Shown one piece after another: positions 55,501 to 64,000 of a stretch of DNA of 64,000 bases. How positions within the stretch are numbered: the stretch's first letter is position 1; the number at the start of each line of letters is the position of its first letter. Where the stretch lies: positions 2,968 to 66,967 of the IMG/VR virus record IMGVR_UViG_3300032278_000003, one strand, 5' to 3'. Below the pieces are notes generated by a model. That model made no database searches. It saw nothing but the letters and a program-made list of their open reading frames with translations, and was not told the origin of the DNA. Origin of the DNA: a virus. A program made the translations under genes and the position numbers.

Positions 55501-57506
55501 GATGTTCCGTCTGTTGATATTATTGTGATATCAGCATCATGATAATTATCAATCATCCCACCATCGCACCTAATCGACCCAACAGCAGCAACTGCTTCTT
55601 TTAAATCTACGCTAAAAGCAGTCCCAGCCAAATCTAGACCGTTGCCGGCCGTGTATGTTGTATTAGTGTCAGTATTTACCAAAGTTTTAAGCTGAGTCAG
55701 TGTGATCTTTTTGACATTATCGCTATCGCTAGCATCAGCTATCGCGATTGCATCGCTTAGATTTCCAGCATTACCGTCAGCACCAAGGCTGTTGATGTCT
55801 AAGTTAACTGTTGCTGCGCCAGAATTAGCACCACCCGACAGGCCGGTTCCGGCTACGACAGAAGTAATGTCTCCGGAACCACCGCTACCGATTAATGTCT
55901 GGAGTTGAGTCAAAGTGATCTTCTTACTTAGATTACTGTCACTAGCATCAGCAATGGCCATTGTATCAGCTAAGTTTCCAGCATTACCATCAGCAGCTAG
56001 ACCGTGAACGTTCAGTCGCAAGTTGTCAGATCCATCATCATCGAGACCGACACCAGCAATATCAGCTGGTTCGATAGCTAGTTCGGAAGAAACAATTTTG
56101 AGGCCAGATGAAGATTTAAGATCAAGAGCAAATTCAGTACCTGATAAATCTAGACCATCCCCAGCGGTGTAAGTTGTGTTTGTATCGGTATTAACAACTG
56201 CTTTGAGCTGGGTTAACGTAATCTTCTTGACTGCATTACTGTCACTAGCGTCTGCAATAGCCATTGAATCTGCGAGAGCTCCTGCATTTCCATCAGCAGA
56301 CAAACCGTCTATATCCAAATTGACTGTTGCTGCGCCCGATGTAGCACCGCCGCTAAGACCTGTTCCAGCGACGACTTCTGTAATGTCGCCACTCCCACCA
56401 CTGCCGATTAATGTTTGAAGTTGTGTCAATGTAATCTTTTTGCTTAAGTTGCTATCGCTAGCGTCAGCAATCGCGATTGCATCGCTTAGATTTCCAGCAT
56501 TACCGTCAGCGGCTAGGCCATGAACGTTTAATCTTAAATTATCTGATCCATCGTCTTCGAGACCGACACCAGCAATATCAGCCGGCTCAACAGCTAATTC
56601 GGAAGATACTATTTTGAGACCAGCAGAACTCTTAAGATCTAGTGCAAATTCAGTACCAGACAAGTCTAAGCCGTCGCCGGGAGTATAGGTTGTATTAGTG
56701 TCAGTATTAACCACCGCTTTAAGCTGGGTTAACGTGATCTTTTTAGTCGCGTTGCTATCACTGGCATCAGCAATTGTCATTGAATCAGCTAAGTTACCAG
56801 CGTTAGAGTCGGTTGGTAAGCTATCGACGTTTAAATTAACTGTTGCTGCACCAGAATTTGCACCACCACTAAGACCGGTTCCAGCTATCACACTTGTGAT
56901 GTCTCCAGAGCCTCCAGAAGACTCGCTTAAATAATCCCCAATATACAAAAAGGCTTCTATATAAGTTGGATTCTGTGCATGGTCTCCAGTCCCTGGCGGG
57001 TCTTGTTGAAATAGCACACCATTAAAATAATCTAAGTTCCAGTCCCGATCATCGAGCAATGGTATCTGAGTTCCAGAGCCTATTGTACCGTAAAAAGGCT
57101 TTGCTTCATAAGCAGTCGCAAAAGATGATGGAATTAATTGAAGCGTTCCGCCTGTTTCATGCAAAAGCTTACCGTTGGTAAAATTTCCAGTTCCCGCTTT
57201 TGAGTTAGAAGAGTTTGCTACGTAATCATCTGGCAACTTTATCTCAAAACCATGGCGACCATCAACAGTATTCGTACCAGATTTAAAAGAGCAAGGTAAA
57301 CGTAAAAACTCAACGTTGCCAGTGATAGTATATGGAGAAGCAGAATTCGGACTAGCAGTTATTGCATCAGCGAATATAGTCGTAGTAGACATCGTGATAC
57401 CAGAAGGTAACGGTTCGTTGGCTAATCCTTTATCATTAGAAGTGTGAGCTTTGCCTGATAGCTTTTTAAGAGATATTAACCGTTCGGTTTTTGCATCATA
57501 TCCCAT
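52515..57506 (-). CDS. Giant modular fibre protein (1663 aa)
   Basis: 11 copies of the D-x-NAG...DASDS...KKI(T/S)(L/I)TQL module alternating with TYTAGDGLDLSGTEF and GDITSVVAGTGLSGG modules; two C-terminal IDVF-x-NG domains. Confidence 0.82.
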   Translation of the reverse strand: MGYDAKTERLISLKKLSGKAHTSNDKGLANEPLPSGITMSTTTIFADAITASPNSASPYTITGNVEFLRLPCSFKSGTNTVDGRHGFEIKLPDDYVANSSNSKAGTGNFTNGKLLHETGGTLQLIPSSFATAYEAKPFYGTIGSGTQIPLLDDRDWNLDYFNGVLFQQDPPGTGDHAQNPTYIEAFLYIGDYLSESSGGSGDITSVIAGTGLSGGANSGAATVNLNVDSLPTDSNAGNLADSMTIADASDSNATKKITLTQLKAVVNTDTNTTYTPGDGLDLSGTEFALDLKSSAGLKIVSSELAVEPADIAGVGLEDDGSDNLRLNVHGLAADGNAGNLSDAIAIADASDSNLSKKITLTQLQTLIGSGGSGDITEVVAGTGLSGGATSGAATVNLDIDGLSADGNAGALADSMAIADASDSNAVKKITLTQLKAVVNTDTNTTYTAGDGLDLSGTEFALDLKSSSGLKIVSSELAIEPADIAGVGLDDDGSDNLRLNVHGLAADGNAGNLADTMAIADASDSNLSKKITLTQLQTLIGSGGSGDITSVVAGTGLSGGANSGAATVNLDINSLGADGNAGNLSDAIAIADASDSDNVKKITLTQLKTLVNTDTNTTYTAGNGLDLAGTAFSVDLKEAVAAVGSIRCDGGMIDNYHDADITIISTDGTSVNYTFDKNSAPDNTGPVIKIQGLDFDKAAIGAKLTAGINHSGGHNGKITAVSDGESSGPTITLTQATAGSAGNTTISFNDPSGAGIAIASQFTGGSSAGGLKIVSTELAVEPADFAGVGLEDGGSDKLRLNVHGLAADGNAGNLSDSIAIADASDSNLTKKITLTQLKAAVNTDTNTTYTAGNGLDLSGTEFALDLKASAGLKIVSSELAIEPADLAGVGLEDDGSDNLRLNVHGLAADGNAGNLSDSIAIADASDSNLSKKITLTQLKTLVGSGSGASNAFKTISIGPPGKKVRFTNNFGMGSYGTVPSNIILRFSDGSTNHDFTVDDNSGSSTASATTVGGGTDRSAADVVAEFVSEINAGSLNVTATAVAGNTSTDASFTVEPDSGSTVTVTEDPGNNNSGNFGDAAGFTLVTSISGQDDVVADSAADTLTLIPGSNVTITTVAGSDAVTIASADTNTTYTAGNGLDLSGTEFALDLKSTGGLKIDSTELAVDINGLAADGNAGALADSIAISDASDSNATKKITLTQLKARVNTDTDTTYTAGDGLDLSGTEFALDLKSSAGLKIVSSELAIEPADIAGVGLEDDGSDNLRLNVHGLAADGNAGNLADTMAIADASDSNLSKKITLTQLQTLIGGDGSGDITSVVAGTGLSGGANSGAATVNLDINSLDADTNAGNVADTIAISDASDSNAVKKITITQLLNLGAGGSGDITSVVAGTGLSGGATQGAATLNLDINSLGADSNAGNLLDSIAISDASDSNAVKKISLTQLKTLVGPVGLAGDGGGRDKDVYALSQTSALTNITVGSTDLSAVDYDPNSIDVFLNGMLMHSGSASEVAASGADYYLTGASTLKFAFEVQVDDLLDVVISEGAAPRDSPVITFESHSVLSNEKVFRVSSLLSLTTDSPGFIDLDISRKKITQVIATDLAAGNAFSTSYNFSTVSYDPERIDVFVNGVLLLSGSSYDYYLQPTNNIIFGFNLFVDDHVTINII

Positions 57507-57509
57507 CCA

Positions 57510-60500
57510 CTAACTCCAAGAAACCGACATTTGAGTTATATTGCCAGTCCACGTCTTATCCGCAACTATCTTAATTAGTATATACTCATTATTATCAACA
57601 AATTTAGTACCAAAAGTAACCTCATTCGTTGCGTTAAGGGAACTATCAAGAGAACCAACCAGAGCACCGGCGTTGTCTCCGTTCTGGCCTGAAGCAAAAG
57701 CTTTTGCTGTATCCATCCAGCCCGTTGTCTGATCGGCACTTGAGTGGGATATCTTGGCAAAAACTTGTATTTTGTTACTAGATCCTAATGCTTCAGTATT
57801 TTGAACAATCGTACCGGTACCGTTAATTGTTAAATCGAAGTTTGTTTTTGAAGCGCCCGAAGTATTCTTGAACCACCTTATGTATTCACGAGTTGCGTTA
57901 GTTAACGAACCGTAATCCGGATTACCATTAGGAGCAATGATTGTTCCGCTTTGACCAGAATCTCTAAAATCTCCAAGATTTCCGGATGGGCCGACTTTCT
58001 GCGGAGATCTTAATTTACCATCATAAACAATCAAACCGGTATTGTGAGCAGCGTCTGCACCGTCCATCGATGTTGCGCTGTTCCAGTCGTTGCTGCCACC
58101 AGAGACATGCGCTTGAGTCGTATACGATGTTGTACCAGCTTTGAGCCTCTTAGCTTCTCCGTTAAAATACTCAGTCGTATTTGTAGAGTTGTCTGTGAAG
58201 TTTGCTACTAACAATTCAGCGCTTGATGTCGAGCTTGTTGTTGTATTACCCTCCAACGGATGATGAACTCTGCCTGTTAGAGTCACGGAATATGCTGTTT
58301 CACCCGGTATTGATGTTCCCTGGTCAAAAGAGAATGTTGCTTGCACCACTAAGTCATCATCGTAAGCATCCGAAACGCCTGTATCAAGGGCGGGGAGAGT
58401 TCTTGATGCAGCATTAACTGTTGAATTTGTAACACCGTCACCAGTCGCAGCGATTGAAGTTACAGTGCTGTTTGTCGTAGTCGGAAAACTAATCGCTGAT
58501 GCGCTGCTACTGTACACGTATTTATAAAGGTTAGCAACTGTAAAATCGAAACGGCCAGTTGGAGATATGAAATAAGTAACTCCAGAGCATTGGTAAGTTG
58601 AACCCGAAGTAAAATTACCAACAGCAACACCAGAAAAAGATATTGTCGGATTAGAATCATCGTTGACCCACTCAGCATAATCTGATGCATGGTCCGAGCC
58701 GTCAACGCTATGAATCACCCGAACATAATTCCAGCCGTTTCGTTGTGCTGCAATTGCAACTTGAAACTGTCCTGTTCGATAAAACCTTGTATAGTCTGGT
58801 AGGTTGTTGTTATCTTCACCAACAGTTGCAGCGCTTAAATTAATAAAACCAGAACCGCTTGTCAAACTGCTACCAGATCCAAATGATGTTAAATCTGCGG
58901 TATGTATTACGCTTCCGTTAACTTCAAGCTTAAGAGAACCTTGGTGTGCTTTACCGCTACCGAAAGCATTTGCTGGATAGTTATTTCCGCTAGCTGAAGT
59001 GCTCTCATTTATGTCGCCCGATATAACTTGCCCCTTGTTGAATATAGCCCTTCTATCACTAGATAAGTTATACGCTCCATTCGCGTTAACTGCGGAAAAA
59101 CCAGCTGCAGTAGAGACTGCCGTGTAGCCACCCTTCGTTAAGGTTGCTCCAAAGCTTAGTTTCCCATTTACACCGGATTGATTACAATCAATATCGTTAA
59201 CATTCGGTGATGCATTTACTGCATTAACGGCCCCAAATGTAACTGCAAAGCTGTCTAGGTAACCAGACCAATCATCGTCTGTCACAATCTTCGCCACAAC
59301 CCACTCGTCCGTCCCAACTTCCACCGTTCCGAATGTGATGTTGTTTGTCATAGCGTTCGATGTATCTACAGCACCGATAGCACAGCCGGCATTCTCAGTA
59401 ACAGTATTGTAAGAAAACGCAGTCTTTGCATCAAGCCAGTCAGTGGTGTTACCAGCACCATCAGATGGCATCTTAAAGTATAGCCTAAATTTATTGTTAG
59501 CACCGACCGCGTCGCCGTTCGCCACGAGCGTCACAGACCCCGCGATTGTGTAACTTAAATCGCGTTTTGCAGCGCCAGCATTCTTGAACTTCCTGTAATA
59601 AGTCCTGAGCCCAGTCGCTGCTGAATAATTTGGGTTACTATCTGGTCCGTTCGCGAGAGAACCGCCATCGGATGTGTTTCTAAAATCACCCGAGTTCAGA
59701 GTGTTCTTTGGTGCATAGAGTCTTTCTCTGTAAACTTGCAAGCCATCACCGTGAGTTCCACCACCGACTAAGCTTGTCGCAGGATTCCAATTTAGAGATC
59801 CACCGGTTACGTCTGATTGATTCGCGTATGCATCCAATTGTAACCTATAAGCTTCTCTCTGAAAAGTCTCTGAGGTGACTGTAGCTGTATCTGACACATT
59901 ATATAACAGTATCCCCGATGCGGAAGATTGGCCAGAGTTGTTAAGGTTGTTTTTTATGGGATGAGAGACAGTCACGCCAGCAGTTATTGAACCACCCAGG
60001 ATATAATTTGCTGCGACTGAATCTGTCTCGTTTATAACAATTTGCTTAAGATGATTTTCTCCACCACCGATTGCAGCTTTCGCTACATTACTGATGTTAT
60101 ATGTTACGCCTGATCTTGTTCCTGCATTAGACGTAGTAAAACTAGTTGCTGTCGTATCGTAGACGTATCGATAAGCATTAGAAACTGTCACTTGGTACTG
60201 AGCGTTACCACCGGTAAAATACGTGACGCCAGAAATCTGTAACGAGCCAGTACCAGTAAAAGCCAACGAGTTGCTAGCAGCAGCCAGTGCGTTGGCGTCC
60301 GGATCATTGACCCACTCAACATAATTTGTCACGACTGTTACGCCTTTGACGTGCTTGACACGAGCGTAATTCCAACCGTTTTTCTGACCTACCGCGCCGG
60401 TCGTTGCGACTTTCCACTTGCCTGTCCTGTGTTTAAAATTATCAAACGATGTTCCGTTATCGAAGGTACCCGATTTTACAGCTGACACGTTTATAAAACC

Positions 60501-63500
60501 CGAACCCTCATAATCGCCCGCAGCATTTACGTGGGTACCTGATCCGGATCCCGGGACGCCGCCACCAGTAGAACCTGAAGTTAAGTCAAGCGTGTATATG
60601 TCTACTCCGTTTAATTCTAAGACTAACGAACCGACATTGGCATCACCGAAAGAATTAGCGACGTAATTAGTCTCGTTACTTGGGGTAGTTACGTCGGCGG
60701 GAATGTCTTCGTTCAAATCACCAATTAAATCGCTAGCGCCATTATAAACTGCAGCTCGTAAATTATTTGAACTAGTCGCAGTCGCATAATCCCCGTTCAC
60801 GTCAACAGCTGCTCCAATTCCGGCGGAAGCTGCTACATTGACATACGCCGGGGAAGCTGCAGACTGGTCGTTGCTTGTACCAAACGAAAGTTTGACATCC
60901 GTACCATCTGAGTTGACATCAACATCATCTAAATCTGGAGCTGGCGCTGGAACCAAAAGCTTAAGGATCTCGTTAAACCTATCAACAGGAGTACCAACGG
61001 GAGTTGATGTCGTAAAATCGGTAAAAAGACCATCAGAATAGCTTCCATCTTCTGCTGCGCCAATTGTTCCACCAGGCAGCTGGTTTGGTTTAATATATTT
61101 GACAGCTGTAGCATCATTGTCATAAATCATTAATAAATCATTTGCAGCATCGACTGTAATACCTGTACCGTCCGTTGCAGATTTAATAACTGAATCATTA
61201 CCAGCATAATCTATTGATAATTCTGCACCGTCAATTACTAATCCACCAGATGATTTCAAATCTACGCTAAACTCGGTTCCTGATAAATCTAAGCCATCTC
61301 CGGCTGTATATGTTGTGTTAGTGTCAGTGTTAACTCGAGCTTTAAGCTGGGTCAGAGTAATCTTTTTTGTCAAGTTACTATCACTAGCGTCAGCAATTGC
61401 AATTGAATCTGCTAAAGCTCCAGCGTTCCCATCAGCGGCTAAGCCGTCGACATTAAGGCGTAAGTTATCTGATCCATCGTCTTGTAAACCAACACCTGCT
61501 ATATCATTGGGCTCTATAGCAAGAACGCCTGCGGAGGCTTTTATGCCGTCTCCAGCAATTGTTGCCATTAAATCAACGATAGACTCTTTTTTAGAACCAT
61601 TGCTAGCATCAGCATCTATTATCACGATAGAGTCATTAGCTGGATCAACTAAAGCGGAATTAAGCTCGTTGAGGTCAATCTCTAACGCGTCACCAGCGCC
61701 GCCCTTCAAGCCAGTACCCGCGGCAGAGGCTGCAATCCTTATCTGATCTGTACCCGAATCTTCTAAACCGGTTCCAGCAATAGCAGATGTCGCAACTTTG
61801 ATCTCACCGCTTTCTATAGTAAGACCACCGCCGCCTTTAAGATCAACGCTAAACTCAGTACCTGATAAATCTAAACCGTTACCAGCAGTATATGTTGTAT
61901 TGGTATCTGCTGCGGCGATTGTAACAGTATCAGAACCAGCATTTGTCGTTATTGTTACGTTGGCACCGCCGGCTAAAGTTAGTGTATCTGTACCAGAATC
62001 TGCGACAACGCTTGATTGTCCGGATACAGCAATTGTTTTAAAAGTCTCTGCAGCTCCTCCTCCACCGACGAGGGTTTTAAGCTGATCTAGAGTAATCTTT
62101 TTTGTTTCATTTCCATCACTGCTATCAGCGATCGCCATGAAATCCGCTAAGTTTCCAGCATTGCTGTCAACTCCCAGCCCGTTAATGTCCATCGGAGCAG
62201 CTCCGCCGCCGGCGGTGTTGGTGATCACAACTTGGCCGGTTGATCCCGTCGACACAAGAATACCGGTACCACCTGTGATGTATGCTTTTCCATCTGTCAA
62301 ATTGTAAATAGAGCCCGATAGACCTGCATTAAAATTTACAACCCCCGTGAACGTAGAACCGTTTAGTTTTGGGACAACAGCTTCATCTATAGCTACCGTT
62401 GCTGCTGAAGAACCGTTGAAAGTAAAAGCAGCAATGCCCGTGCCAGCGGTGACAGAATTCGGAAGAGACGCAACGCTGAGGCCCTGAGCACTTGAAGCTA
62501 TCGTCGCACCGTTAAGTTTCACTGCGGCTGAAAATGCGTTTGCGGCGCCGTTAGTTGTGATCTGAACGGTGTCAGATGATGTTGCTAAACTCGTACGATC
62601 AACTAAGTCAGCAATGCTTGCAACATCAGATTTTATGTTTGAACCACCACTCTCTAAAACCATTATGTCACTTCTGGCTGGAGTTTGCTGGTTGTAGCTA
62701 TCGATATCAATAGCTGCCGCGGCAGCGTTAATAGTCATCTGGCCGTTTCCAGCCGTTGTTATCGTAACATTAGTTCCAGCAGTTACTAGCGGCGTGGACG
62801 AGTTGATCTTAAAGTTACCGAAGACATCTCCCGAAAAAGTAATGTCTCCAGTGAACGTTCCGTCGGCTGCGTAAGTGACTAAAGAAGAAGTGTCAACAGC
62901 AATCTGAACATTGGAAGAGCCATCGAAAGTAAAAGCAGAGATACCAGTACCATTAGAGAGTGTACCGGGTGTGCTAACCACAGCGATACCAGCACCGGCT
63001 GAAGAGATTGTTGCGCCGTTTGTTTTTACTTTTATCTCTTGAGTTACTGAGTTGTTATAAGAGGCTGCGCCTGATTGTAACTTTAGACCGTCGCCGACGG
63101 AAAGAATGTTAGACAAAGTGCTAGCAGCAGTCCCCAAAGATGCAACAGTAACTTTTTTTGGTGCACCTCCAGCTCCTGAATCGCTGATTAAAACAGTGTC
63201 TTCAGCTACTGGGCTTGCTTTTGACTCAGCAGTATCAGGTTTTACTCTAAGCGCGTCACTATCTATTTCTAAACCCGAGTTAGCCGCTAGGTTGATCTTT
63301 ATAGTCTCAGCAACCGCGTTATTGTAACTTGCATTTCCAGTCTCAAAAACTAGACCGTCTCCTGGCGTTAGAGGACGCTGTAATGAAACTCCAGCTTGAG
63401 CAGCTGAGCTTAAGCTTGATACTGTTATCTTCTTAAGGGCACCATCACCGTCATCTCGGATCATGAGCAAATCAGCATCAGCTGGGGTGGCTGATGATAA

Positions 63501-63998
63501 ACTGTTTATATCAACCGTTAGGCCAGATGCTGCTGAAAGACCGCTTGCCGCAGCTAGATTCAACGACATGGTTTTTGCAGCAGAACCATCAAACGTCGTT
63601 CCAGAATTAAGAGAAATACCAGTTCCAGCCGTCAGCGCATTTGTCGTGTTCCCAGAATAAGAACCAGCTGCAGTGCCGATTGTAATTGATCCATCAGCGT
63701 TATTTGTGACTGCTAGATTAGTACCAGCACGTAAATAATCACTACCATCGTATAATTTTTGTAATGAACCGGTAATTCCCTGGTGAATTATAGCTCCACG
63801 TTCAAATGTTGATGAACCGATTACTTTAAAAGTTGATCTAAACTCAGGGTGTTCTAATCCGACTTGTAAGTGTTTGGGAGCAACGACGCGAGCAACATGA
63901 TGTTGAGGAGTACTACCATCAGCCCTAACTACTATGAACTCAGAACGTCGTAGTTGTTCTATCGCTGTGGGTACAGACCCAGTTGGATAATTGTTGCT
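57510..63998 (-). CDS. Giant fibre/spike protein (>2160 aa), 5' end outside the window
   Basis: The frame stays open upstream of the track's ATG at 63569 to the window edge (SNNYPTGSVPTAIEQLRRSEF...GITGSLQKLYDGSDYLRAG...). It shares repeat modules with the 1663-aa gene, and its C-terminal half is a tandem duplication of a ~560-aa domain. Confidence 0.82.
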   Translation of the reverse strand, partial: SNNYPTGSVPTAIEQLRRSEFIVVRADGSTPQHHVARVVAPKHLQVGLEHPEFRSTFKVIGSSTFERGAIIHQGITGSLQKLYDGSDYLRAGTNLAVTNNADGSITIGTAAGSYSGNTTNALTAGTGISLNSGTTFDGSAAKTMSLNLAAASGLSAASGLTVDINSLSSATPADADLLMIRDDGDGALKKITVSSLSSAAQAGVSLQRPLTPGDGLVFETGNASYNNAVAETIKINLAANSGLEIDSDALRVKPDTAESKASPVAEDTVLISDSGAGGAPKKVTVASLGTAASTLSNILSVGDGLKLQSGAASYNNSVTQEIKVKTNGATISSAGAGIAVVSTPGTLSNGTGISAFTFDGSSNVQIAVDTSSLVTYAADGTFTGDITFSGDVFGNFKINSSTPLVTAGTNVTITTAGNGQMTINAAAAAIDIDSYNQQTPARSDIMVLESGGSNIKSDVASIADLVDRTSLATSSDTVQITTNGAANAFSAAVKLNGATIASSAQGLSVASLPNSVTAGTGIAAFTFNGSSAATVAIDEAVVPKLNGSTFTGVVNFNAGLSGSIYNLTDGKAYITGGTGILVSTGSTGQVVITNTAGGGAAPMDINGLGVDSNAGNLADFMAIADSSDGNETKKITLDQLKTLVGGGGAAETFKTIAVSGQSSVVADSGTDTLTLAGGANVTITTNAGSDTVTIAAADTNTTYTAGNGLDLSGTEFSVDLKGGGGLTIESGEIKVATSAIAGTGLEDSGTDQIRIAASAAGTGLKGGAGDALEIDLNELNSALVDPANDSIVIIDADASNGSKKESIVDLMATIAGDGIKASAGVLAIEPNDIAGVGLQDDGSDNLRLNVDGLAADGNAGALADSIAIADASDSNLTKKITLTQLKARVNTDTNTTYTAGDGLDLSGTEFSVDLKSSGGLVIDGAELSIDYAGNDSVIKSATDGTGITVDAANDLLMIYDNDATAVKYIKPNQLPGGTIGAAEDGSYSDGLFTDFTTSTPVGTPVDRFNEILKLLVPAPAPDLDDVDVNSDGTDVKLSFGTSNDQSAASPAYVNVAASAGIGAAVDVNGDYATATSSNNLRAAVYNGASDLIGDLNEDIPADVTTPSNETNYVANSFGDANVGSLVLELNGVDIYTLDLTSGSTGGGVPGSGSGTHVNAAGDYEGSGFINVSAVKSGTFDNGTSFDNFKHRTGKWKVATTGAVGQKNGWNYARVKHVKGVTVVTNYVEWVNDPDANALAAASNSLAFTGTGSLQISGVTYFTGGNAQYQVTVSNAYRYVYDTTATSFTTSNAGTRSGVTYNISNVAKAAIGGGENHLKQIVINETDSVAANYILGGSITAGVTVSHPIKNNLNNSGQSSASGILLYNVSDTATVTSETFQREAYRLQLDAYANQSDVTGGSLNWNPATSLVGGGTHGDGLQVYRERLYAPKNTLNSGDFRNTSDGGSLANGPDSNPNYSAATGLRTYYRKFKNAGAAKRDLSYTIAGSVTLVANGDAVGANNKFRLYFKMPSDGAGNTTDWLDAKTAFSYNTVTENAGCAIGAVDTSNAMTNNITFGTVEVGTDEWVVAKIVTDDDWSGYLDSFAVTFGAVNAVNASPNVNDIDCNQSGVNGKLSFGATLTKGGYTAVSTAAGFSAVNANGAYNLSSDRRAIFNKGQVISGDINESTSASGNNYPANAFGSGKAHQGSLKLEVNGSVIHTADLTSFGSGSSLTSGSGFINLSAATVGEDNNNLPDYTRFYRTGQFQVAIAAQRNGWNYVRVIHSVDGSDHASDYAEWVNDDSNPTISFSGVAVGNFTSGSTYQCSGVTYFISPTGRFDFTVANLYKYVYSSSASAISFPTTTNSTVTSIAATGDGVTNSTVNAASRTLPALDTGVSDAYDDDLVVQATFSFDQGTSIPGETAYSVTLTGRVHHPLEGNTTTSSTSSAELLVANFTDNSTNTTEYFNGEAKRLKAGTTSYTTQAHVSGGSNDWNSATSMDGADAAHNTGLIVYDGKLRSPQKVGPSGNLGDFRDSGQSGTIIAPNGNPDYGSLTNATREYIRWFKNTSGASKTNFDLTINGTGTIVQNTEALGSSNKIQVFAKISHSSADQTTGWMDTAKAFASGQNGDNAGALVGSLDSSLNATNEVTFGTKFVDNNEYILIKIVADKTWTGNITQMSVSWS

Positions 63999-64000
63999 AC

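Noticed and set aside
52515-57506. Regularly recurring DNA repeats resembling a CRISPR array
   Set aside because: The repeats vary at third codon positions, lie in an open frame and encode protein modules; there are no constant repeats with unique spacers and no cas genes.
573-63660. Numerous plus-strand and alternate-frame ORFs in the track (e.g. 8389-8928, 46881-47654, 10542-10958)
   Set aside because: They are antisense or off-frame shadows of long minus-strand genes with biased codon usage; they show no recognisable motifs and their composition mirrors the real gene.
46013-63998. Diversity-generating retroelement acting on the fibres
   Set aside because: There is no reverse transcriptase in the window, and the repeat differences are mostly synonymous rather than adenine-specific.
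1-64000. Stop-codon reassignment, as seen in some large phages
   Set aside because: Core genes (MCP, terL, portal) are full length in code 11, coding density is near complete, and TAA, TAG and TGA all occur as genuine gene ends.

Overview
The window is a contiguous, gene-dense segment of a large T4-like myophage genome (contractile tail), with essentially every real gene on the minus strand and standard genetic code. In transcription order (right to left) it holds three giant modular fibre genes (>2160, 1663 and 2001 aa) with a small DUF5659-like gene among them. These are followed by a block of large baseplate/tail-associated proteins (LamG-like, FN3-like and tail-collar-like motifs) and an embedded DNA-processing cassette (RuvC-like resolvase, primase, single-chain Mre11-Rad50 fusion, Zn-finger). 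Next come the large terminase, portal, prohead protease, several small head-associated genes, scaffold and major capsid protein. The left end holds a P-loop kinase-like protein sharing the scaffold's C-terminal tag, three tandem paralogous ~110-aa proteins, neck/head-closure/tail-terminator genes (gp13/14/15-like) and the 5' part of the tail sheath. The most notable observations are: (i) a ~130-aa 'plug-in' domain family inserted in frame into loops of the fibres and the sheath, including nested insertions; (ii) an ATA(T/G/A)TTA late-promoter-like motif, in one case inside a perfect hairpin that sequesters the Shine-Dalgarno; (iii) a GC-rich structured leader ahead of the paralog triplet; (iv) a zeta-toxin-like kinase that may be packaged in the head; (v) a tail-collar-type domain apparently split across adjacent genes. 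All family assignments come from motif recognition by eye, not database searches.
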